Positions 17,875-25,169 of a DNA stretch of 64,000 nt are shown piece after piece. Location: NCBI GenBank assembly GCA_045639585.1, contig JAZUDJ010000088.1, forward strand, positions 562 to 64,561. Reading direction: 5' to 3'. The notes below the pieces were generated by a model. It saw only the letters and a program-made list of their open reading frames with translations. It was not told where the DNA came from and did no database searches. The translations under genes were made by a program, and so were the position numbers. The stretch comes from Bacteroidales bacterium. GTDB lineage: Bacteria; Bacteroidota; Bacteroidia; Bacteroidales; UBA3663. Numbering within the stretch: position 1 is the stretch's first letter; the number at the start of each line of letters is the position of its first letter.

Positions 17875-18836
17875 TTTTTATAACTATTAAACAACGGAAT
17901 CTGGCAATATTCTGAAGAATGTACAAATTGCCATGCATCAAGAACTCCTCTTACATATAAATATGGAATTCTAATATTTTTAAATGCAATCGCAGAAATA
18001 CAATTCACAAAAAATAGCCATATAACTTTAGTACAATATATTATAGCAACTACAGTCTTGCATGATCTTACTTGAAAACAAGTTCTCCACCAAAGTATAA
18101 AACTGCTTTTTGACCGAACATAAAACTTCCTTTCATTGCTATGGTATGCCGCACTAGAAGATTTTCCATCTAAATGGTCAATGCCACAATTATAATGAAC
18201 TAACAGCTTAAAACCATTGACATACACCTTGTGGAATTCCAACAAATCGTCCCCATAAGCAAAGCCTAGACTATCAAGGAACAATTCATCCTCAAGATGC
18301 AAATTCAATAATGTATCTTTCCGCCACAAAGAAGCAGGCCCTGCACAAGATTGAGACAGATAATAATCTTTTATTGGATTATTTAGATAGCTGAAACCAC
18401 AGTGGCTATGCATTTTAAATGCCCAATTCTTGTCAGAATGAGGGTAAATCCAATTTGTCAGCAGTGCAAAAACCTTTGACGTCAAAGCCATATTCTGGTT
18501 TTTGAATGTATCTGCACCAACAACATCCGCATTCTCCGTTTTTGCGACTCCCAATAATTTGCTCACACTATCTGGAGCTAATACCACATCATCATCCAGC
18601 AATAAAATGTAATCGGACTCAATCTCCGCATAAGGTAAAGCTCGTTGAGCTACCATTCCCTTTTTTACCCAAACATATTCCTCCTTACCAATCTGAAAAG
18701 ATGGCCGATCATAACCTTCTGCAATATAGATTAAAACCTTATCCGGTTGAATTGTTTGCTTCGATATTGAGTCTAATTCTCGCACAAACTTATCACCAGA
18801 GGTTCCTAATGTTCGTATTGCAATAGAATAACTCAT
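17871..18836 (-). CDS. GT-A fold (GT2-like) glycosyltransferase, paralogue of 11744-12880
   Basis: MSYSIAIRTLGTSGDKF and LLLDDDVVL. ATG at 18836 sits 1 nt from the upstream stop. Confidence 0.7.
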   Translation of the reverse strand: MSYSIAIRTLGTSGDKFVRELDSISKQTIQPDKVLIYIAEGYDRPSFQIGKEEYVWVKKGMVAQRALPYAEIESDYILLLDDDVVLAPDSVSKLLGVAKTENADVVGADTFKNQNMALTSKVFALLTNWIYPHSDKNWAFKMHSHCGFSYLNNPIKDYYLSQSCAGPASLWRKDTLLNLHLEDELFLDSLGFAYGDDLLEFHKVYVNGFKLLVHYNCGIDHLDGKSSSAAYHSNERKFYVRSKSSFILWWRTCFQVRSCKTVVAIIYCTKVIWLFFVNCISAIAFKNIRIPYLYVRGVLDAWQFVHSSEYCQIPLFNSYKK

Positions 18837-18837
18837 A

Positions 18838-19797
18838 TCACTTATCTTCCAATTGTTTTGATATAAAACTATAAACACTAAATGGGAGTATAGTATAAAT
18901 CATTCGCATCACACGGAGAGGAAAAGATGAATATGCTTTCCGTTTAGGAGCATTCTTCCATTCCGTTTTATTATGATACTCTTCATAAATGTAAAGAAGT
19001 GGGTGTTTTGAACTTGATGTCCATGGCCGATCAAACAATCCTGGTGTAAAATGAATTATCTTTGGGTTATTTTTTGCTTGCTCAAACTCTACTTCACTAT
19101 AAAACGGAACAACATTTTTTGAAGCATACTTATATGGATGCGAATAGAAATTAGATGTAGTATTGTATTGTGGATGAAGCATCAATTTCCGTCCTTTGCA
19201 TACACCATTTATTATGCCTTGATCATGATGATATACCACGCCATTGTATTTGTTCATAAATTCAGTTATTTTAGATTCGAGGTCATCCTCACGCCAAGCT
19301 CTCAAATTGATTAACAATACTCCAGAATTGATATATAATTCCGATTCGGATAAACCAACCATTCGCTTCATTTTACTTCCAGGCCAAATATCCGAAACAC
19401 CTGCTACATAATACCCCTGCAAATCTATCTCCCATAAAGAAGAAATATCTCCATTAAATACCACATCGGTATCTACATATAATACTCTGTCAATTTCCCT
19501 CGGCAAAAGATTTTGAACTAATAATCGAGAATATGCAGCTATTGATATTGTTGTCGGCAGGTTTGTATTGAGTTTCTCTCTGGTGTTTGAAATATCATAA
19601 ACCAAAAGCTCTCCTCGATCCTGTGGTACATGTTTCCTTAAGACGGCTATTGTCGATTCTTGGATATTATTTGAAAATAAATGAACACAGATATTATGAT
19701 TCTTATTCGTTTCAAACAAAGAAACTATTACTACAGCTACAAACTCTGCGTAATTTTCATCTGATGATAAAACAATATGAAGAGAATTCTGCATCAT
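18838..19797 (-). CDS. glycosyltransferase family 8 (RfaJ/LgtC-like)
   Basis: LHIVLSSDENYA and LYVDTDVVF (DXD). Confidence 0.85.
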   Translation of the reverse strand: MMQNSLHIVLSSDENYAEFVAVVIVSLFETNKNHNICVHLFSNNIQESTIAVLRKHVPQDRGELLVYDISNTREKLNTNLPTTISIAAYSRLLVQNLLPREIDRVLYVDTDVVFNGDISSLWEIDLQGYYVAGVSDIWPGSKMKRMVGLSESELYINSGVLLINLRAWREDDLESKITEFMNKYNGVVYHHDQGIINGVCKGRKLMLHPQYNTTSNFYSHPYKYASKNVVPFYSEVEFEQAKNNPKIIHFTPGLFDRPWTSSSKHPLLYIYEEYHNKTEWKNAPKRKAYSSFPLRVMRMIYTILPFSVYSFISKQLEDK

Positions 19798-20789
19798 CTT
19801 TTATTTAGGCGATTACGTTTTGTAACTAGATAAAAATACAACAATAGGCCCAAAGGTGCTGCCAGTAGAACAAGAGTTTTACTATTTGCATTAGTTAGCC
19901 AGCTTCCATCTCTTGCAATGAAACTTTCACAAACATAATGAATGGCCGAACGAAACTTATGCTTGAATGAAAAATGGCAAAGTTCCATTTCTTGCAATCT
20001 CATCTTTGCAAAGCTCCGAGGACTATTGAAATACTGATTAATAATTCCGGCAGACATTGAATCAGTGCCTATTTGATACTCCACCCAGCACAAATTTTCA
20101 TTCAAAATTAGCACAGGATATTTATCTCCGACTTTAACTGCAAGATACTGTGGATTAAAATTTTTTTCTCCAGAGAAACCTAATAAAGGGGCAACTTCTT
20201 TCATTAAATCCGTTCTAAAAACTAATTTTGAATCTCCTCTATGAATATTTTTTTCATCCATTTCTATAAAGTTGCCCTCATATAAATCTGTCGGCATATA
20301 GCCTCCAATAGGAGATTTCTTACAAAGATCAAAATCAAGTCCTAAGATTCCGCAATACTTTTTCTTCTCCTCTTCTCTCACCCCACTCCACTTCTTCACA
20401 ATCTTCTCCACCGCATCATCCGGCATATAGTCATCCGAATCAATGCAAACACAGAGATCTGTCTGAATGGTCTGATATGCCACATTATAACCCGTATAAA
20501 GCCCTCCATTGGGCTTGTACACATACTCAATGCGAACATTAGGAGCTTGAATCATAAAATGATTATCATCCTCGCCACCTTTAACTCGTCCCATCCAGTC
20601 AAACCTCTGACCTGAAGAAACAATTTTCTCTCCTAGAGCAGTGATCCACTCGCGCGTTCCATCCGAACTCCCATCATCTATGACGAGCCAATCAAAGTCC
20701 GTGCACGTCTGGCGACATAAAGACTCGTATGTGCGTGGCAACGTATGCTTGCGGTTATAAGTTGGAGTAAATACAGTTAGAGTTTTCAT
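19794..20789 (-). CDS. glycosyltransferase family 2
   Basis: LTVFTPTYNRKHTL, VIDDGSSDGT and CIDSDDYM. The compositional break near 20340 falls inside this gene. Confidence 0.85.
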   Translation of the reverse strand: MKTLTVFTPTYNRKHTLPRTYESLCRQTCTDFDWLVIDDGSSDGTREWITALGEKIVSSGQRFDWMGRVKGGEDDNHFMIQAPNVRIEYVYKPNGGLYTGYNVAYQTIQTDLCVCIDSDDYMPDDAVEKIVKKWSGVREEEKKKYCGILGLDFDLCKKSPIGGYMPTDLYEGNFIEMDEKNIHRGDSKLVFRTDLMKEVAPLLGFSGEKNFNPQYLAVKVGDKYPVLILNENLCWVEYQIGTDSMSAGIINQYFNSPRSFAKMRLQEMELCHFSFKHKFRSAIHYVCESFIARDGSWLTNANSKTLVLLAAPLGLLLYFYLVTKRNRLNKR

Positions 20790-20813
20790 GTTTTGCGTAA
20801 ATTTCTGGATATG

Positions 20814-21053
20814 CTAAAGAAAATTGGACAAAGATACTTGGGCAATCATCGTCCTACAACCCACATTCCACCTAGTATCTTGCCAACAATCCATACAAAC
20901 AGGCTTGTAACAAAGCCCGCAGCGGTAATGTATGATGATCCGCTCAGGAACCAAGCAGGCCCCCCCCATACCCGGACGCTGGGAGTGCATAAATACAATC
21001 ATCACACAGGCGATGATGCGAAGGAGATCAAGATAGAGGATTCGCTGGTTCAT
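20814..21053 (-). pseudogene. 5' remnant of an acyltransferase-3 family gene, frameshifted at a G8 tract and truncated
   Basis: MNQRILYLDLLRIIACVMIVFMHS is a typical family N-terminus. After the G8 run (C8 on plus, 20960-20967) the frame becomes Cys-rich nonsense. With G7 it would read PAWFLSGSSYITAAGFVTSLFVWIVGKILGGMWVVGR before stopping. Only about 80 codons remain of an expected ~330 or more. Confidence 0.6.
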
Positions 21054-21834
21054 GATTGTTCCATCCGGTTTTGAAATTCTCCGTTGCATTCTTTTTATCT
21101 GCTATTTCCTTCTCCATTCGCATGATGGCTGTGCGGAAAAAGAATTCTATGAGAGGCTGCGCATCATTGCGGAAAACTTTCATACAGGAAAGATAATCCT
21201 CTCGCTGCTCCTGCGTAACGATGAGAATGGGGAGATTGTATCGAAGGAGAATCTTATTACAAAGCAGTCGACCCAACCGACCATTACCATCACGGAACGG
21301 ATGAAGCCACTCAAAGTGACCATGGAAGATTGCTGCTGCCTCCATGGGATGCCATCTGCCACCAGCCAGCGCCTGCTCTACCTGAGTCAGGAGCTGTGGC
21401 ACTCTGGCTATAAGTACCTCATGATCGCCGAAGATGGTATCTCCCGCACACATATCATGATCGGTGTATTCACCAGGCAAGGCTCCAGCATGGCGGTATG
21501 CGATGGTGTGCTCGGTGAGCAGGAAATGCAGGTGCTTGATATAGTCTTCGGTCAATGGAACCTCAACGGTTCGTACCATCTCCTCGTATGCACGGAAATG
21601 GTCAAGCATCTCAAAGGCTTCAACCAAAGGTTTACCCTGGGGGATCATTCCAAGGCCTCTCTCTTTCAGCGTGCGTGTCTCATCTACAGTAAAGGAATTA
21701 CCTTCTATAGCACAGCTATGAGCAGAGAACAGAATCTCGTTATAATCCCTGAAGTCTTCGTATGAGAATCTGTCAGATATATACTCGCGATACTCTTGAG
21801 ATAAGGTATCAAATCTTTGGATGAGTTGTTCCAT
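21028..21834 (-). CDS. Fic-family protein (AMPylase-type active site, auto-inhibitory motif present)
   Basis: HPFRDGNGRLGRLL matches HxFx(D/E)GNGRxxR. An N-terminal SCAIEGN matches the (S/T)xxxE(G/N) inhibitory helix. ATG at 21834; the longer ORF to 22098 overlaps the VirE-like gene. Confidence 0.85.
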   Translation of the reverse strand: MEQLIQRFDTLSQEYREYISDRFSYEDFRDYNEILFSAHSCAIEGNSFTVDETRTLKERGLGMIPQGKPLVEAFEMLDHFRAYEEMVRTVEVPLTEDYIKHLHFLLTEHTIAYRHAGALPGEYTDHDMCAGDTIFGDHEVLIARVPQLLTQVEQALAGGRWHPMEAAAIFHGHFEWLHPFRDGNGRLGRLLCNKILLRYNLPILIVTQEQREDYLSCMKVFRNDAQPLIEFFFRTAIMRMEKEIADKKNATENFKTGWNNHEPANPLS

Positions 21835-21849
21835 TTTGAAAATATTCAG

Positions 21850-21986
21850 GTTCCACGGGGTGGAAGGGTGTGTCACTTTTCGAACATTTCGTTCCACCCA
21901 CCAATAATTCCCGACACCTTGCCTACCCCCTCGGGAATTATTTCTTTTCCGCAGAAAGTTTATGAATCCGATACACCCTTCCACCC
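21850..21986. other. highly structured 187-nt spacer between the VirE-like and Fic genes (nested inverted repeats)
   Basis: Outer IR GGGTGGAAGGGTGT (21858-21871) / ACACCCTTCCACCC (21973-21986). Inner 12-bp stem AATAATTCCCGA (21903-21914) / TCGGGAATTATT (21931-21942) with a 16-nt loop. Small hairpin TTCCAC-GGG-GTGGAA (21851-21865). Confidence 0.6.
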
Positions 21987-21996
21987 TTTTTTGTGA

Positions 21997-22024
21997 AGAG
22001 TGAGGAATTAGGAGTGAGCAGTTA
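21997..22024 (+). repeat. heptamer tandem array, 4 units, at the 3' end of the VirE-like gene (antisense to it)
   Basis: AGAGTGA GGAATTA GGAGTGA GCAGTTA. The last TTA is the stop codon (reverse complement TAA) of 22022-24280. Confidence 0.85.
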
Positions 22025-24280
22025 TTCGACGCGAACCAAATATCTTTTGATACCATGAAGAATGCGGCATTCAAAACCCTGACGGCCAAGCGCAGCACCT
22101 AAGGCTCTGACATTCAGCTTTGCCGACGGATTGTAGTAATTGATTCGCGCTGCAATCTCCGCCGCAGTCATCCACTTGCTGTCGCTCAGCGGTTGGCCAT
22201 CCTCTCCAAGATTAGGTTGGTGTACATAGACACTGCACAGTTCCACCTCAACGCTCTGCGACACATACTGCTCATTGTGCTTGTCGAGCTGTCGGATGTC
22301 CTGCTGGCTCATCACAAACATCCCAGCCTCATGCTGCGCCAGATAGAGAGCTTGCGCGTAAATATGTTCGTAGTCGGGACGACACTCGAAAGGATTGACG
22401 GTAAAGCGACGCACCGTAAATGTCAGCCAGCGGCGGTTGCCTGTCGGGTCGGTCAGGAAGTCGGCGCGATTGCCCGTAGCGCAGAACGTAGCGATACGCG
22501 GCATGGTACGTGGCGACTTGTCGTATGGCAAACGTTCGCGGATCACATCGAGCGTGACGAGAGACTTGAGTTGATTGACCTCCACCTCGCTCATCGCATC
22601 GATCTCCTCCAGGTTAATCAATCCGCACTCGGCCAGCTGGATGCGGTCGTCCTTGTCGAGGTTGCGGAAGCGCATCTGCTCCTTATAATAAGCGCGAAGC
22701 TCCGGTGGCATCAGCATACGCATCCACGAGGACTTGCCTATGCCCTGCGCACCGATGAAAGTCAGGATTGTGCCATGGGTGCTCGACATGTGAATCCAGC
22801 CGTGCACCATCGCCACCATCCAGCGCTTGAAGAAGTCGTCGAGCAAGGCGCGCGTCTCCTCGCCACCCTCCACCTCCACCGTCTGGATCAGCTCGTGAAG
22901 GTAGTCCTTATCACCAGGCTTCCACAATCCTTGCAACGGCTGCAGATACGCTATAATAGGATTGTAGGGCAATGAGCAGGTGTCACTCTGAAGGACATTA
23001 TACACGTCGGTCGATGTGGTGGTCAATGCAGTTTCCTCAAAGAACAGGCGCATCAAGGTGGCGACATCCGAGTCGTGCAACTCGTAATAGTGTGGAATTA
23101 GGAGTGTGGAGTGAGGAGTTTTTCCACTCTCGCACAAAGATCCGACCAAAGCCAATGACGACAGGTTACGCTGAGCGTATTGAGCCATTTGCGAGCCTTC
23201 ATTCCACTCGACCTCCAGTCGGTGAGAGATCATATTCTTGCGATACGTTCCCTGACTCAGCAAAAACGCCTCGATGTCAGCCGACGTGGCGCGATGCACC
23301 TTCTTCTCGCTGTTTTTCTGCTGGTTAGGCAATCGAAGTGTACCGAACTCTGCCTGCTTCGACTCGTAAATGCTCTTCACCACGCTCGTGATACCACGCT
23401 CTCCGTCACCATAATAGAAGTAGCGCTCCTTAGCCTCAGCCAGCGCCTCTTCCTGCTCGATGCCATAGCGATTGACCTCATAAATGACGGTGCTAAGGAA
23501 CTTGTTCAACGTGCCATGCTTCGCCTCAAATCCTTGCGTCTTGGCAAAGGCCTCAGCGGCATCAAAGGCTCTGGACAGCTGCGTCTTGACAGGTCGTCCC
23601 ACCGGATTGCCCGTCGCCATATGGGCCTTGCTCTGCTCAAAGTCGAGCAAAGCCTGGCTTAAGATAACGGTATAGGGCTGATAGTTATCCTTAAAATACT
23701 TAGCCTCAGGATCGTATGCCATAGCACTCGGTCGCGCTGCATCCTTACACTGCGTATCGACACGGAGATCCTTCAGCGTCGGAGCATTCGAGAACCACTC
23801 CTCAAACTGGCGGCGCACATCCTCCCAGATGGCATTCCACAGCAGGCGTGAGCGCTGACTCTTCTTCGGATCACGGAAGTCGAGCTCCGCCAAGTCCATC
23901 GGCTGCATATCGTGATAGCACACCTGATAGGCCACGATGACGTGCAGGCCCTTGCCGCTCAACGACCGGTGATAGCCAACGACATGCATCAGCATACCGA
24001 GGTAAGCGACCATGTATTCCATCTGCTTCTCATCCAGATGGTCATAGTCGAAGTAAAGCAATCCAGTGAGCTGCTTGATATTCTCCGTCTTCCTGCCACC
24101 CTCCATGATGGCCGACGGTACGAACACCGGCACGCGCTGCTTTTGCCCCACTCCCTGACGGTGCATCTCTGTCTGCATCCGCAAGTCCTGATCCGTCTTT
24201 ATTTTCGTAAAGACGTCGCCCAGCGACACTATCTGCGGGGGGGTAGACAGTAGATTATTGAAAGTTGAAACGGTTTCCAA
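22022..24280 (-). CDS. VirE-like P-loop NTPase with an N-terminal primase-like (VirE_N/BT4734-like) region
   Basis: Walker A FIGAQGIGKSSW. 752 aa with a large N-terminal domain. TTG start at 24280, 9 nt after the HTH gene stop. The family call comes from remembered architecture, not a search. Confidence 0.75.
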   Translation of the reverse strand: METVSTFNNLLSTPPQIVSLGDVFTKIKTDQDLRMQTEMHRQGVGQKQRVPVFVPSAIMEGGRKTENIKQLTGLLYFDYDHLDEKQMEYMVAYLGMLMHVVGYHRSLSGKGLHVIVAYQVCYHDMQPMDLAELDFRDPKKSQRSRLLWNAIWEDVRRQFEEWFSNAPTLKDLRVDTQCKDAARPSAMAYDPEAKYFKDNYQPYTVILSQALLDFEQSKAHMATGNPVGRPVKTQLSRAFDAAEAFAKTQGFEAKHGTLNKFLSTVIYEVNRYGIEQEEALAEAKERYFYYGDGERGITSVVKSIYESKQAEFGTLRLPNQQKNSEKKVHRATSADIEAFLLSQGTYRKNMISHRLEVEWNEGSQMAQYAQRNLSSLALVGSLCESGKTPHSTLLIPHYYELHDSDVATLMRLFFEETALTTTSTDVYNVLQSDTCSLPYNPIIAYLQPLQGLWKPGDKDYLHELIQTVEVEGGEETRALLDDFFKRWMVAMVHGWIHMSSTHGTILTFIGAQGIGKSSWMRMLMPPELRAYYKEQMRFRNLDKDDRIQLAECGLINLEEIDAMSEVEVNQLKSLVTLDVIRERLPYDKSPRTMPRIATFCATGNRADFLTDPTGNRRWLTFTVRRFTVNPFECRPDYEHIYAQALYLAQHEAGMFVMSQQDIRQLDKHNEQYVSQSVEVELCSVYVHQPNLGEDGQPLSDSKWMTAAEIAARINYYNPSAKLNVRALGAALGRQGFECRILHGIKRYLVRVE
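23094..23121 (+). repeat. heptamer tandem array, 4 units, inside the VirE-like ORF (antisense orientation)
   Basis: GGAATTA GGAGTGT GGAGTGA GGAGTTT. Read on the gene strand as KTPHSTLLIP. Confidence 0.85.
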
Positions 24281-24289
24281 ATTATGGAG

Positions 24290-24766
24290 TTATTTCGAAT
24301 TAAGACTACGGCGCTTCTTAATCTCCTCGCGCATCATGAGCCACAACTCAGGACCGGCATTGCTCTTCTCCCCTCGTACAGTCAAACCGAGTTTGCGCTG
24401 GAATAATCGCCACAAGGTGGAGTCATTCGCATAACCGAAAACCTTGGCGACGTCATCGAGCTTAGCATCCGGATGCACCCCGATATACTCCTCCACCTGA
24501 TGGATACGGTATTGCTGAATCACATCGATCAACCGCATATCCATTTCGAGCTGAATAGCATAAGCCAACTTGCGAGCATCGACAGCGAGATACTCTGCCA
24601 GTTCCTTGCTCTCAATGCACTTCGTATCATAAAGAGCTTCCGCCACCGCATTGACGAGGCGCGACGCTGTGTATGTCTCCGGCTGACCAGGGATATAATC
24701 GAAAACTTGCTGTAAAGTGACAGCAGGAAGATAAGGTTTAGTTTCTTTCATAATAGATTTTGACAT
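24290..24766 (-). CDS. AraC-type helix-turn-helix DNA-binding protein (single HTH_18-like domain)
   Basis: ELAEYLAVDARKLAYAIQ... and LDDVAKVFGYANDSTLWRLFQRKLGLT. ATG at 24766 (MSKSIMKETKPY); 24751 is an alternative. The track ORF to 24934 starts at TTG and only translates the upstream repeats. Confidence 0.7.
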   Translation of the reverse strand: MSKSIMKETKPYLPAVTLQQVFDYIPGQPETYTASRLVNAVAEALYDTKCIESKELAEYLAVDARKLAYAIQLEMDMRLIDVIQQYRIHQVEEYIGVHPDAKLDDVAKVFGYANDSTLWRLFQRKLGLTVRGEKSNAGPELWLMMREEIKKRRSLNSK

Positions 24767-24949
24767 TAGGGACGTGATGTTAGAATAATTGTCTTGTGAG
24801 TCTAACACTGCGGACGTAGTGTTGGTATCTGAGAGCTGCGAGTCTAACACTACGTCCCTAGTGTTAAGTCTCACGGCCTGCGAATCTAACACTACGTCCG
24901 CAGTGTTAGATCCATTCGTGCAAGATATTAACAACGCGAACGTAGTGTT
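24762..24949. repeat. five palindromic sites with exact 42-bp phasing upstream of the HTH gene
   Basis: Cores: 24762-24781 GACATTAGGGACGTGATGTT (degenerate), 24804-24823 AACACTGCGGACGTAGTGTT, 24846-24865 AACACTACGTCCCTAGTGTT, 24888-24907 AACACTACGTCCGCAGTGTT, 24930-24949 AACAACGCGAACGTAGTGTT. Centres fall at 24771.5, 24813.5, 24855.5, 24897.5 and 24939.5. Confidence 0.85.
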
Positions 24950-25035
24950 AACACATAAGCTTCGCTAAGGTCTCCCACGAATCTTTTCGCGACAAACCCC
25001 GCTCAGTTATTGTATAAATAATATATTGCACGCGA

Positions 25036-25043
25036 CAAAGATA
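25036..25043 (-). promoter_or_regulatory. candidate -7 box for the HTH-VirE-Fic unit
   Basis: The minus strand reads TATCTTTG, matching TAnnTTTG. No convincing -33 TTTG. It sits about 270 nt upstream of ATG 24766, so the five palindromes would be in the leader. Confidence 0.3.
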
Positions 25044-25083
25044 ATAATAATTATAATACGTTGGTAAAAAAGGGATAAAAAAA

Positions 25084-25119
25084 GTGAGATTGACACGGGA
25101 AAAGTCGTGTCAACCTCAC
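25084..25119. terminator. bidirectional intrinsic terminator downstream of the last gene of the upstream glycan sub-cluster
   Basis: GTGAGATTGACACG - GGAAAAGT - CGTGTCAACCTCAC (14-bp stem, 1 mismatch). Flanked by A7 on the left and TTTT on the right. Confidence 0.7.
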
Positions 25120-25169
25120 TTTTAATAACGATTTATTATTATTTCGTATATCAAAATATAGAATTCTTC

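Larger units (their letters stand above)
21028..24949 (-). other. non-glycan module (phased palindromes, AraC-type HTH, VirE-like NTPase, structured spacer, Fic) embedded in the polysaccharide gene run
   Basis: Defined by the component features listed separately. It is bounded by the terminator at 25084-25119 and the acyltransferase remnant at 20814-21053. No integrase, transposase or tRNA is present, so I do not call it a mobile element. Confidence 0.5.

Noticed and set aside
20350-20395. Loosely 7-periodic purine-rich stretch (GTGGAGTGGGGTGAGAGAAGAGGAGAAG on the gene strand) inside GT2 19794-20789
   Set aside because: It is too degenerate to count as a member of the heptamer family. I mention it only in connection with the compositional break.
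21835-22098. Upstream extension of the Fic ORF (88 extra codons)
   Set aside because: It would overlap the 3' end of the VirE-like gene and would translate the heptamer array and the nested inverted repeats. The conserved Fic N-terminal region starts sensibly at ATG 21834.
24767-24934. N-terminal extension of the HTH ORF containing a repeated VVLDSQ peptide
   Set aside because: The extension starts at TTG. Its periodicity (14 codons) simply mirrors the 42-bp DNA repeat, and good ATG starts exist at 24766 and 24751. I interpret it as non-coding operator or leader sequence.
24762-24949. Possible CRISPR array (regularly spaced palindromic repeats)
   Set aside because: The period is only 42 bp, which leaves about 16-18-bp linkers. 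The repeat centres flip orientation, there are only five copies, and no cas genes are in the window. An operator/iteron or leader-hairpin array is the better reading.
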